64,000 bases of DNA from Scenedesmus sp. PABB004 (lineage: Eukaryota), in the NCBI GenBank assembly GCA_014905635.1, contig JABVCE010000002.1, positions 1,612,001 through 1,676,000 of the forward strand. The letters are read 5' to 3'. The translations under genes were made by a program, and so were the position numbers. Numbering within the stretch: the stretch's first letter is position 1; each line of letters starts with the position of its first letter. The notes below the pieces were generated by a model, which ran no database searches, was not told the DNA's origin, and was given only the letters and a program-made list of their open reading frames with translations. Shown here in pieces: positions 25,517-36,500 of this stretch.

Positions 25517-25931
25517 AGGAGCTGGAGGCTGGAGCTGGCGGCGGCAGCAGCGGCAGCGTCAGCGACCCCGGCGTCGTGGCTAGCGCGGCGGCCCCTCGGG
25601 CTGCTGACGCAGGCGCGGCGGTCAGCATCAGCGATAGCGGCGTCACGGCTGATACGGCGGCCCCTCGGGCTGATGATGTCAGCGCGGCGGTCAGCGTCAG
25701 CAGCGTCTCTGCTGGTGCGGCGGCCCCTCGGGCTGCCGTTACCGGCGCGGCGAGTCGGTGTGCAGCACTGGAGCAGGCTCGGCGTTATCTGCTTGGTGAC
25801 TTGCTGCAGGATCAGCTTGCTGTTCACTCTGTGGCAGATTATGTGATGGACATCTGGAAGATGCGGGCTACCGTCCTTAAGGGGCGCGGGACCAATGGGC
25901 GCGAGCCTGTGGTGTAACTATCTTTATCTTT
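25517..25931 (+). mobile_element. 5'-truncated non-LTR retroelement, family A copy 1, (TATCTT)n tail
   Basis: Flanked by direct repeat ATGCGCC (25510-25516 / 25932-25938). Ends TGTAAC-TATCTTTATCTTT. ORF end YLLGD...DYVMDIWKMR resembles a LINE ORF2 C-terminus. Confidence 0.65.
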
Positions 25932-26109
25932 ATGCGCCGCCCGCCGCCGGCGGGCTGCGCCGCCGGGGTCCGCCGCCGGCGGCCGCGCTGCGCCGCGGGC
26001 CGCGCGCCGCCCGCGCGCGCGCCGCTCGGCGGCGCCGCGGCGCAGCGCTGCCGTGCGCCGTTTTTGCCTGCCCCGCCGCCCTGCAGAGCGGGGGTGCGGG
26101 GCTCCCACA

Positions 26110-26921
26110 TGCGCATGCTTGCGCGCTGGCTGCGCACCTGCGTGCGGCTGGTGTTGAGATGGCGGCCAGCGGCAGCCAGGAGCTGGAGGCTAGAGCTGGC
26201 GGCGGCAGCAGCGGCAGCGTCAGCGACCCCGGCGTCGTGGCTAGCGCGGCGGCCCCTCGGGCTGCTGACGCAGGCGCGGCGGTCAGCATCAGCGATAGCG
26301 GCGTCGCGGCTGATACGGCGGCCCCTCGGGCTGCTGATGTCAGCGCGGCGGACAGCGTCAGCAGCGTCGCTGCTGGTGCGGCGGCCCCTCGGGCTGCCGT
26401 TACCAGCGCGGCGAGTCGGTGTGCAGCACTGGATAAAGATAAAGATAAAGATAGTTACACCACAGGCTCGCGCCCATTGGTCCCGCGCCCCTTAAGGACG
26501 GTGTCCCGCATCTTCCAGATGTCCATCACATAATCTGCCACAGAGTGAACAGCAAGCTGATCCTGCAGCAGGTCACCAAGCAGATAACGCCGAGCCTGCT
26601 CCAATGCTGCACACCGACTCGCCGCGCCGGTAACGGCAGCCCGAGGGGCCGCCGCACCAGCAGAGACGCTGCTGACGCTGACCGCCGCGCTGACATCATC
26701 AGCCCGAGGGGCCGCCGTATCAGCCGTGACGCCGCTACCGCTGATGCTGACCGCCTGGAGCAGGCTCGGCGTTATCTGCTTGGTGACCTGCTGCAGGATC
26801 AGCTTGCTGTTCACTCTGTGGCAGATTATGTGATGGACATCTGGAAGATGCGGGACACCGTCCTAAAGGGGCGCGGCATGGGCGCGAGCCTGTGGTGTAA
26901 CTATCTTTGTCTTTGTCTTTG
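26110..26921 (+). mobile_element. Non-LTR family A copy 2, interrupted by copy 3
   Basis: TSD TCCCACA (26103-26109 / 26922-26928) in satellite sequence; tail TATCTT(TGTCTT)n. Confidence 0.65.
26434..26754 (-). mobile_element. Non-LTR family A copy 3, nested antisense in copy 2
   Basis: Reverse complement of the family A 3' end with an (AAGATA)n tail; flanked by CTGGA (26429-26433 / 26755-26759). Confidence 0.65.
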
Positions 26922-28412
26922 TCCCACAGGCTGCCCGGCCACGGGCTGCGCCGCCGGGGTCCGCCGCCGGCGGCCGCGCTGCGCCGCGGGCCGCGCGCCG
27001 CCGCGCGCGCGCCGCTCGGCGGCGCCGCGGTGCAGCGCTGCCGTGCACCGTTTTGCCTGCCCCGCCGCCCCTGCGGAGCGGGGGTGCGGGGCTCCCACAG
27101 GCTGCCCGGCCACGGGCTGCGCCGCCGGGGTCCGCCGCCGGCGGCCGCGCTGCGCCGCGGGCCGCGCGCCGCCCGCGCGCGCGCCGCTCGGCGGCGCCGC
27201 GGCGCAGCGCTGCCGTGCGCCGTTTTGCCTGCCCCGCCGCCCCTGCGGAGCGGGGGTGCGGGGCTCCCACAGGCTGCCCGGCCACGGGCTGCGCCGCCGG
27301 GGTCCGCCGCCGGCGGCCGCGCTGCGCCGCGGGCCGCGCGCCGCCCGCGCGCGCGCCGCTTGCGGCGCCGCGGCGCAGCGCTGCCGTGCGCCGTTTTGCC
27401 TGCCCCGCCGCCCTGCGGAGCGGGGTGCGGGGCTCCCACAGGCTGCCCGGCCACGGGCTGCGCCGCCGGGGTCCGCCGCCGGCGGCAGCGCAGCGCCGCG
27501 GGCCGCGCGCCGCCCGCGCGAGCGCCGCTCGGCGGCGCCGCGGCGCAGCGCTGCCGTGCGCCGTTTTGCCTGCCCCGCCGCCCCTGCGGAGCGGGGGTGC
27601 GGGGCTCCCACAGGCTGCCCGGCCACGGGCTGCGCCGCCGGGGTCCGCCGCCGGCGGCCGCGCTGCGCCGCGGCCGCGCGCCGCCCGCGCGCGCGCCGCT
27701 TGGCGGCGCCGCGGCGCAGCGCTGCCGTGCGCCGTTTTGCCTGCCCCGCCGCCCCTGCGGAGCGGGGGTGCGGGGCTCCCACAGGCTGCCCGGCCACGGG
27801 CTGCGCCGCCGGGGTCCGCCGCCGGCGGCAGCGCAGCGCCGCGGGCCGCGCGCCGCCCGCGCGAGCGCCGCTCGGCGGCGCCGCGGCGCAGCGCTGCCGT
27901 GCGCCGTTTTGCCTGCCCCGCCGCCCCTGCGGAGCGGGGGTGCGGGGCTCCCACAGGCTGCCCGGCCACGGGCTGCGCCGCCGGGGTCCGCCGCGGCGGC
28001 CGCGCAGCGCCGCGGGCCGCGCGCCGCCCGCGCGAGCGCCGCTCGGCGGCGCCGCGGCGCAGCGCTGCCGTGCGCCGTTTTGCCTGCCCCGCCGCCCCTG
28101 CGGTTCGGGGGTGCGGGGCTCCCACAGGCTGCCCGGCCACGGGCTGCGCCGCCGGGGTCCGCCGCCGGCGGCGCGCTGCGCCGCGGGCCGCGCGCCGCCC
28201 GCGCCGCGCGCCGCTCGGCGGCGCCGCGGCGCAGCGCTGCCGTTCGCCGTTTTGCCTGCCCGCCGCCCCTGCGGAGCGGGGGTGCGGGGCTCCCACAGGC
28301 TGCCCGGCCACGGGCTGCGCCGCCGGGGTCCGCCGCCGGCGGCCACGCTGCGCCGCGGGCCGCGCGCCGCCCGCGCGCGCGCCGCTCGGCGGCGCCGCGG
28401 CGCAGCGCTGCC

Positions 28413-28775
28413 TGATGAGAGTGCGTGTTTTCGGCCGCACACTCACCCCATTGCGTGCATGGAGCCTAAAGGAAGCTACGCGGAACATTGGGCCTTAGTT
28501 GGGCTCTTGTGGAAGGTGCTAACCGCGGTGGAAGCTGCTTACGGCGCAGCTACCGGCAGCCGCCGAGAAGCTGCGATTACCGATACCGTTTCGGCTATAT
28601 AGCTCCGTGCACCCGCCCCGTTTGCCTAAGGAGTCTCTTCACCACGCACATGTAACCTTTGCTCCTTCACTCGTGTCTCCGTGCTCTCCGTGCTCTCTCG
28701 TTGGCCAACCGCCGCTCTCCGCCGTTGTCGACTCGCTCCTCTAGCCGGCAACAACCGCGCCTACTCCGACCAAGA
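28413..28775 (+). mobile_element. Copia solo LTR 1
   Basis: Matches the LTRs at 41238 and 47056; TGATGAG...CCAAGA; TSD CTGCC on both sides. Confidence 0.9.
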
Positions 28776-30158
28776 CTGCCGTGCGCCGTTTTGCCTGCCC
28801 CGCCGCCCCTGCGGAGCGGGGGTGCGGGGCTCCCACAGGCTGCCCGGCCACGGGCTGCGCCGCCGGGGTCCGCCGCCGGCGGCCGCGCTGCGCCGCGGGC
28901 CGCGCGCCGCCCGCGCGCGCGCCGCTCGGCGGCGCCGCGGCGCAGCGCTGCCGTGCGCCGTTTTGCCTGCCCTCCGCCCTGCGGAGCGGGGTGCGGGGCT
29001 CCCACAGGCTGCCCGGGCCACGGGCTGCGCCGCCGGGGTCCGCCGCCGCCGGCCGCGCTGCGCCGCGGGCGCGCGCCCGCCCGCGCGCGCGCGCCGCTCG
29101 GCGGCGCCGCGGCGCAGCGCTGCCGTGCGCCGTTTTGCCTGCCCCGCCGCCCCTGCGGAGCGGGGGTGCGGGGCTCCCACAGGCTGCCCGGCCACGGGCT
29201 GCGCCGCCGGGGTCCGCCGCCGCGGGGCAGCGCAGCGCCGCGGGCCGCGCGCCGCCCGCGCGCGCGCCGCTCGGCGGCGCCGCGGCGCAGCGCTGCCGTG
29301 CGCCGTTTTGCCTGCCCCGCCGCCCCTGCGGAGCGGGGGTGCGGGGCTCCCACAGGCTGCCCGGCCACGGGCTGCGCCGCCGGGGTCCGCGCCGGCCCGG
29401 CCGCGCTGCGCCGCGGGCCGCGCGCCGCCCGCGCGCGCGCCGCTCGGCGGCGCCGCGGCGCAGCGCTGCCGTGCGCCGTTTTGCCTGCCCCGCCGCCCCT
29501 GCGGAGCGGGGGTGCGGGGCTCCCACAGGCTGCCCGGCCACGGGCTGCGCCGCCGGGGTCCGCCGCCGGCGGCGCGCAGCGCCGCGGGCCGCGCGCCGCC
29601 CGCGCGCGCGCCGCTCGGCGGCGCCGCGGCGCAGCGCTGCCGTGCGCCGTTTTGCCTGCCCCGCCGCCCCTGCGGAGCGGGGGTGCGGGGCTCCCACAGG
29701 CTGCCCGGCCACGGGCTGCGCCGCCGGGGTCCGCCGCCGGCGGCGCGCAGCGCCGCGGGCCGCGCGCCGCCCGCGCCGCGAGCGCCGCTCGGCGGCGCCG
29801 CGGCGCAGCGCTGCCGTGCGCCGTTTTGCCTGCCCCGCCGCCCCTGCGGAGCGGGGGTGCGGGGCTCCCACAGGCTGCCCGGCCACGGGCTGCGCCGCCG
29901 GGGTCCGCCGCCGGCGGCCGCGCTGCGCCGCGGGCCGCGCGCCGCCCGCGCGCGCGCCGCTCGGCGGCGCCGCGGCGCAGCGCTGCCGTTCGCCGTTTTG
30001 CCTGCCCCGCCGCCCCTGCGGAGCGGGGGTGCGGGGCTCCCACAGGCTGCCCGGCCACGGGCTGCGCCGCCGGGTCCGCCGCCGGCGGCCACGCTGCGCC
30101 GCGGGCCGCGCGCCGCCCGCGCGCGCGCCGCTCGGCGGCGCCGCGGCGCAGCGCTGCC

Positions 30159-30521
30159 TGATGAGAGTGCGTGTTTTCGGCCGCACACTCACCCATTGCG
30201 TGCATGGAGCCTAAAGAAGCTACGCCGAACATTGGGCCTTAGTTGGGCTCTTGTGGAGGTGCTAACCGCGGTGGAAGCTGCTTCGGCGCAGCTACCGGCA
30301 GCCGCCGAGAAGCTGCCGATTACCGATACCGTTTCGCTATATATGCTCCGTGCCACCCGCCGCCGTTTGCCTAAGGGAGTCTCTTCACCACGCACATGTA
30401 ACCTTTGCTCCTTCACTCGTGTCTCGTGCTCTCCGTGCTCTCTCGTTGGCCAACCGCCGCTGCTCGCGTTGTCGCGCTCGCTCCGCTAGCCGGCAACAAC
30501 CGCCGCCTACTCCGACCAAGA
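30159..30521 (+). mobile_element. Copia solo LTR 2 (same TSD and monomer position as solo LTR 1)
   Basis: TGATGAG...CCAAGA; TSD CTGCC; many small indels relative to the other LTRs. Confidence 0.85.
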
Positions 30522-33500
30522 CTGCCGTGCGCCGTTTTGCCTGCCCCGCCGCCCCTGCGGAGCGGGGGTGCGGGGCTCCCACAGGCTGCCCGGCCACGGG
30601 CTGCGCCGCCGGGGTCCGCCGCCGGCGGCCGCGCTGCGCCGCGGGCCGCGCGCCGCCCGCGCGCGCGCCGCTCGGCGGCGCCGCGGCGCAGCGCTGCCGT
30701 GCGCCGTTTTGCCTGCCCCGCCGCCCCTGCGGAGCGGGGGTGCGGGGCTCCCACAGGCTGCCCGGCCACGGGCTGCGCCGCCGGGGTCCGCCGCCGGCGG
30801 CCGCGCTGCGCCGCGGGCCGCGCGCCGCCCGCGCGCGCGCCGCTCGGCGGCGCCGCGGCGCAGCGCTGCCGTGCGCCGTTTTGCCTGCCCCGCCGCCCCT
30901 GCGGAGCGGGGGTGCGGGGCTCCCACAGGCTGCCCGGCCACGGGCTGCGCCGCCGGGGTCCGCCGCCGGCGGCCGCGCTGCGCCGCGGCCGCGCGCCGCC
31001 CGCGCGCGCGCCGCTCGGCGGCGCCGCGGCGCAGCGCTGCCGTGCGCCGTTTTGCCTGCCCCGCCGCCCCTGCGGAGCGGGGGTGCGGGGCTCCCACAGG
31101 CTGCCCGGCCACGGGCTGCGCCGCCGGGGTCCGCCGCCGGCGGCCGCGCTGCGCCGCGGGCCGCGCGCCGCCCGCGCGCGCGCCGCTCGGCGGCGCCGCG
31201 GCGCAGCGCTGCCGTGCGCCGTTTTGCCTGCCCCGCCGCCCCTGCGGAGCGGGGGTGCGGGGCTCCCACAGGCTGCCCGGCCACGGGCTGCGCCGCCGGG
31301 GTCCGCCGCCGGCGGCCGCGCTGCGCCGCGGGCCGCGCGCCGCCCCGCGCGCGCGCGCTCGGCGGCGCCGCGGCGCAGCGCTGCCGTGCGCCGTTTTGCC
31401 TGCCCCGCCGCCCCTGCGGAGCGGGGTGCGGGGCTCCCACAGGCTGCCCGGCCACGGGCTGCGCCGCCGGGGTCCGCCGCCGGCGGCCGCGCTGCGCCGC
31501 GGGCCGCGCGCCGCCCGCGCGCGCGCCGCTCGGCGGCGCCGCGGCGCAGCGCTGCCGTGCGCCGTTTTGCCTGCCCCGCCGCCCCTGCGGAGCGGGGGTG
31601 CGGGGCTCCCACAGGCTGCCCGGCCACGGGCTGCGCCGCCGGGGTCCGCCGCCGGCGGCCGCGCTGCGCCGCGGGCCGCGCGCCGCCCGCGCGCGCGCCG
31701 CTCGGCGGCGCCGCGGCGCAGCGCTGCCGTGCGCCGTTTTGCCTGCCCCGCCGCCCCTGCGGAGCGGGGGTGCGGGGCTCCCACAGGCTGCCCGGCCACG
31801 GGCTGCGCCGCCGGGGTCCGCCGCCGGCGGCCGCGCTGCGCCGCGGGCCGCGCGCCGCCCGCGCGCGCGCCGCTCGGCGGCGCCGCGGCGCAGCGCTGCC
31901 GTGCGCCGTTTTGCCTGCCCCGCCGCCCCTGCGGAGCGGGGGTGCGGGGCTCCCACAGGCTGCCCGGCCACGGGCTGCGCCGCCGGGGGTCCGCCGCCGG
32001 CGGCCGCGCTGCGCCGCGGGCCGCGCGCCGCCCGCGCGCGCGCCGCTCGGCGGCGCCGCGGCGCAGCGCTGCCGTGCGCCGTTTTGCCTGCCCCGCCGCC
32101 CCTGCGGAGCGGGGTGCGGGGCTCCCACAGGCTGCCCGGCCACGGGCTGCGCCGCCGGGGTCCGCCGCCGGCGGCCGCGCTGCGCCGCGGGCCGCGCGCC
32201 GCCCGCGCGCGCGCCGCTCGGCGGCGCCGCGGCGCAGCGCTGCCGTGCGCCGTTTTGCCTGCCCCGCCGCCCCTGCGGAGCGGGGGTGCGGGGCTCCCAC
32301 AGGCTGCCCGGCCACGGGCTGCGCCGCCGGGGTCCGCCGCCGGCGGCCGCGCTGCGCCGCGGGCCGCGCGCCGCCCGCGCGCGCGCCGCTCGGCGGCGCC
32401 GCGGCGCAGCGCTGCCGTGCGCCGTTTTGCCTGCCCCGCCGCCCCTGCGGAGCGGGGGTGCGGGGCTCCCACAGGCTGCCCGGCCACGGGCTGCGCCGCC
32501 GGGGTCCGCCGCCGGCGGCCGCGCTGCGCCGCGGGCCGCGCGCCGCCGCGCGCGCGCCGCTCGGCGGCGCCGCGGCGCAGCGCTGCCGTGCGCCGTTTTG
32601 CCTGCCCCGCCGCCCCTGCGGAGCGGGGGTGCGGGGCTCCCACAGGCTGCCCGGCCACGGGCTGCGCCGCCGGGGTCCGCCGCCGGCGGCCGCGCTGCGC
32701 CGCGGGCCGCGCGCCGCCCGCGCGCGCGCCGCTCGGCGGCGCCGCGGCGCAGCGCTGCCGTGCGCCGTTTTGCCTGCCCCGCCGCCCCTGCGGAGCGGGG
32801 GTGCGGGGCTCCCACAGGCTGCCCGGCCACGGGCTGCGCCGCCGGGGTCCGCCGCCGGCGGCCGCGCTGCGCCGCGGGCCGCGCGCCGCCCGCGCGCGCG
32901 CCGCTCGGCGGCGCCGCGGCGCAGCGCTGCCGTGCGCCGTTTTGCCTGCCCCGCCGCCCCTGCGGAGCGGGGGTGCGGGGCTCCCACAGGCTGCCCGGCC
33001 ACGGGCTGCGCCGCCGGGGTCCGCCGCCGGCGGCCGCGCTGCGCCGCGGGCCGCGCGCCGCCCGCGCGCGCGCCGCTCGGCGGCGCCGCGGCGCAGCGCT
33101 GCCGTGCGCCGTTTTGCCTGCCCCGCCGCCCCTGCGGAGCGGGGGTGCGGGGCTCCCACAGGCTGCCCGGCCACGGGCTGCGCCGCCGGGTCCGCCGCCG
33201 GCGGCCGCGCTGCGCCGCGGGCCGCGCGCCGCCCGCGCGCGCGCCGCTCGGCGGCGCCGCGGCGCAGCGCTGCCGTGCGCCGTTTTGCCTGCCCCGCCGC
33301 CCCTGCGGAGCGGGGGTGCGGGGCTCCCACAGGCTGCCCGGCCACGGGCTGCGCCGCCGGGGTCCGCCGCCGGCGGCCGCGCTGCGCCGCGGGCCGCGCG
33401 CCGCCCGCGCGCGCGCCGCTCGGCGGCGCCGCGGCGCAGCGCTGCCGTGCGCCGTTTTGCCTGCCCCGCCGCCCCTGCGGAGCGGGGGTGCGGGGCTCCC

Positions 33501-36500
33501 ACAGGCTGCCCGGCCACGGGCTGCGCCGCCGGGGTCCGCCGCCGGCGGCCGCGCTGCGCCGCGGGCCGCGCGCCGCCCGCGCGCGCGCCGCTCGGCGGCG
33601 CCGCGGCGCAGCGCTGCCGTGCGCCGTTTTGCCTGCCCCGCCGCCCCTGCGGAGCGGGGGTGCGGGGCTCCCACAGGCTGCCCGGCCACGGGCTGCGCCG
33701 CCGGGGTCCGCCGCCGGCGGCCGCGCTGCGCCGCGGGCCGCGCGCCGCCCGCGCGCGCGCCGCTCGGCGGCGCCGCGGCGCAGCGCTGCCGTGCGCCGTT
33801 TTGCCTGCCCCGCCGCCCCTGCGGAGCGGGGGTGCGGGGCTCCCACAGGCTGCCCGGCCACGGGCTGCGCCGCCGGGGTCCGCCGCCGGCGGCCGCGCTG
33901 CGCCGCGGGCCGCGCGCCGCCCCGCGCGCGCGCCGCTCGGCGGCGCCGCGGCGCAGCGCTGCCGTGCGCCGTTTTGCCTGCCCCGCCGCCCCTGCGGAGC
34001 GGGGGTGCGGGGCTCCCACAGGCTGCCCGGCCACGGGCTGCGCCGCCGGGGTCCGCCGCCGGCGGCCGCGCTGCGCCGCGGGCCGCGCGCCGCCCGCGCG
34101 CGCGCGCGCTCGGCGGCGCCGCGGCGCAGCGCTGCCGTGCGCCGTTTTGCCTGCCCCGCCGCCCCTGCGGAGCGGGGGTGCGGGGCTCCCACAGGCTGCC
34201 CGGCCACGGGCTGCGCCGCCGGGGTCCGCCGCCGGCGGCCGCGCTGCGCCGCGGGCCGCGCGCCGCCCGCGCGCGCGCCGCTCGGCGGCGCCGCGGCGCA
34301 GCGCTGCCGTGCGCCGTTTTGCCTGCCCCGCCGCCCCTGCGGAGCGGGGGTGCGGGGCTCCCACAGGCTGCCCGGCCACGGGCTGCGCCGCCGGGGTCCG
34401 CCGCCGGCGGCCGCGCTGCGCCGCGGGCCGCGCGCCGCCCGCGCGCGCGCCGCTCGGCGGCGCCGCGGCGCAGCGCTGCCGTGCGCCGTTTTGCCTGCCC
34501 CGCCGCCCCTGCGGAGCGGGGGTGCGGGGCTCCCACAGGCTGCCCGGCCACGGGCTGCGCCGCCGGGGTCCGCCGCCGGCGGCCGCGCTGCGCCGCGGGC
34601 CGCGCGCCGCCCGCGCGCGCGCCGCTCGGCGGCGCCGCGGCGCAGCGCTGCCGTGCGCCGTTTTGCCTGCCCCGCCGCCCCTGCGGAGCGGGGGTGCGGG
34701 GCTCCCACAGGCTGCCCGGCCACGGGCTGCGCCGCCGGGGTCCGCCGCCGGCGGCCGCGCTGCGCCGCGGGCCGCGCGCCGCCCGCGCGCGCGCCGCTCG
34801 GCGGCGCCGCGGCGCAGCGCTGCCGTGCGCCGTTTTGCCTGCCCCGCCGCCCCTGCGGAGCGGGGGTGCGGGGCTCCCACAGGCTGCCCGGCCACGGGCT
34901 GCGCCGCCGGGGTCCGCCGCCGGCGGCCGCGCTGCGCCGCGGGCCGCGCGCCGCCCGCGCGCGCGCCGCTCGGCGGCGCCGCGGCGCAGCGCTGCCGTGC
35001 GCCGTTTTGCCTGCCCCGCCGCCCCTGCGGAGCGGGGGTGCGGGGCTCCCACAGGCTGCCCGGCCACGGGCTGCGCCGCCGGGGTCCGCCGCCGGCGGCC
35101 GCGCTGCGCCGCGGGCCGCGCGCCGCCCGCGCGCGCGCCGCTCGGCGGCGCCGCGGCGCAGCGCTGCCGTGCGCCGTTTTGCCTGCCCCGCCGCCCCTGC
35201 GGAGCGGGGGTGCGGGGCTCCCACAGGCTGCCCGGCCACGGGCTGCGCCGCCGGGGTCCGCCGCCGGCGGCCGCGCTGCGCCGCGGGCCGCGCGCCGCCC
35301 GCGCGCGCGCCGCTCGGCGGCGCCGCGGCGCAGCGCTGCCGTGCGCCGTTTTGCCTGCCCCGCCGCCCCTGCGGAGCGGGGGTGCGGGGCTCCCACAGGC
35401 TGCCCGGCCACGGGCTGCGCCGCCGGGGTCCGCCGCCGGCGGCCGCGCTGCGCCGCGGGCCGCGCGCCGCCCGCGCGCGCGCCGCTCGGCGGCGCCGCGG
35501 CGCAGCGCTGCCGTGCGCCGTTTTGCCTGCCCCGCCGCCCCTGCGGAGCGGGGGTGCGGGGCTCCCACAGGCTGCCCGGCCACGGGCTGCGCCGCCGGGG
35601 TCCGCCGCCGGCGGCCGCGCTGCGCCGCGGGCCGCGCGCCGCCCGCGCGCGCGCCGCTCGGCGGCGCCGCGGCGCAGCGCTGCCGTGCGCCGTTTTGCCT
35701 GCCCCGCCGCCCCTGCGGAGCGGGGGTGCGGGGCTCCCACAGGCTGCCCGGCCACGGGCTGCGCCGCCGGGGTCCGCCGCCGGCGGCCGCGCTGCGCCGC
35801 GGGCCGCGCGCCGCCCGCGCGCGCGCCGCTCGGCGGCGCCGCGGCGCAGCGCTGCCGTGCGCCGTTTTGCCTGCCCCGCCGCCCCTGCGGAGCGGGGGTG
35901 CGGGGCTCCCACAGGCTGCCCGGCCACGGGCTGCGCCGCCGGGGTCCGCCGCCGGCGGCCGCGCTGCGCCGCGGGCCGCGCGCCGCCCGCGCGCGCGCCG
36001 CTCGGCGGCGCCGCGGCGCAGCGCTGCCGTGCGCCGTTTTGCCTGCCCCGCCGCCCCTGCGGAGCGGGGGTGCGGGGCTCCCACAGGCTGCCCGGCCACG
36101 GGCTGCGCCGCCGGGGTCCGCCGCCGGCGGCCGCGCTGCGCCGCGGGCCGCGCGCCGCCCGCGCGCGCGCCGCTCGGCGGCGCCGCGGCGCAGCGCTGCC
36201 GTGCGCCGTTTTGCCTGCCCCGCCGCCCCTGCGGAGCGGGGGTGCGGGGCTCCCACAGGCTGCCCGGCCACGGGCTGCGCCGCCGGGGTCCGCCGCCGGC
36301 GGCCGCGCTGCGCCGCGGGCCGCGCGCCGCCCGCGCGCGCGCCGCTCGGCGGCGCCGCGGCGCAGCGCTGCCGTGCGCCGTTTTGCCTGCCCCGCCGCCC
36401 CTGCGGAGCGGGGGTGCGGGGCTCCCACAGGCTGCCCGGCCACGGGCTGCGCCGCCGGGGTCCGCCGCCGGCGGCCGCGCTGCGCCGCGGGCCGCGCGCC

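Noticed and set aside
26434..26754. Twin-priming 5' inversion
   Set aside because: The inverted piece has its own tail, duplicates the host's 3' end and is flanked by CTGGA, which fits a separate nested insertion.
28411..28450. CTGATGAG hammerhead ribozyme core at the LTR start
   Set aside because: The C comes from the flanking TSD (absent at 47056 and 50147) and no GAAA follows the putative stem II.
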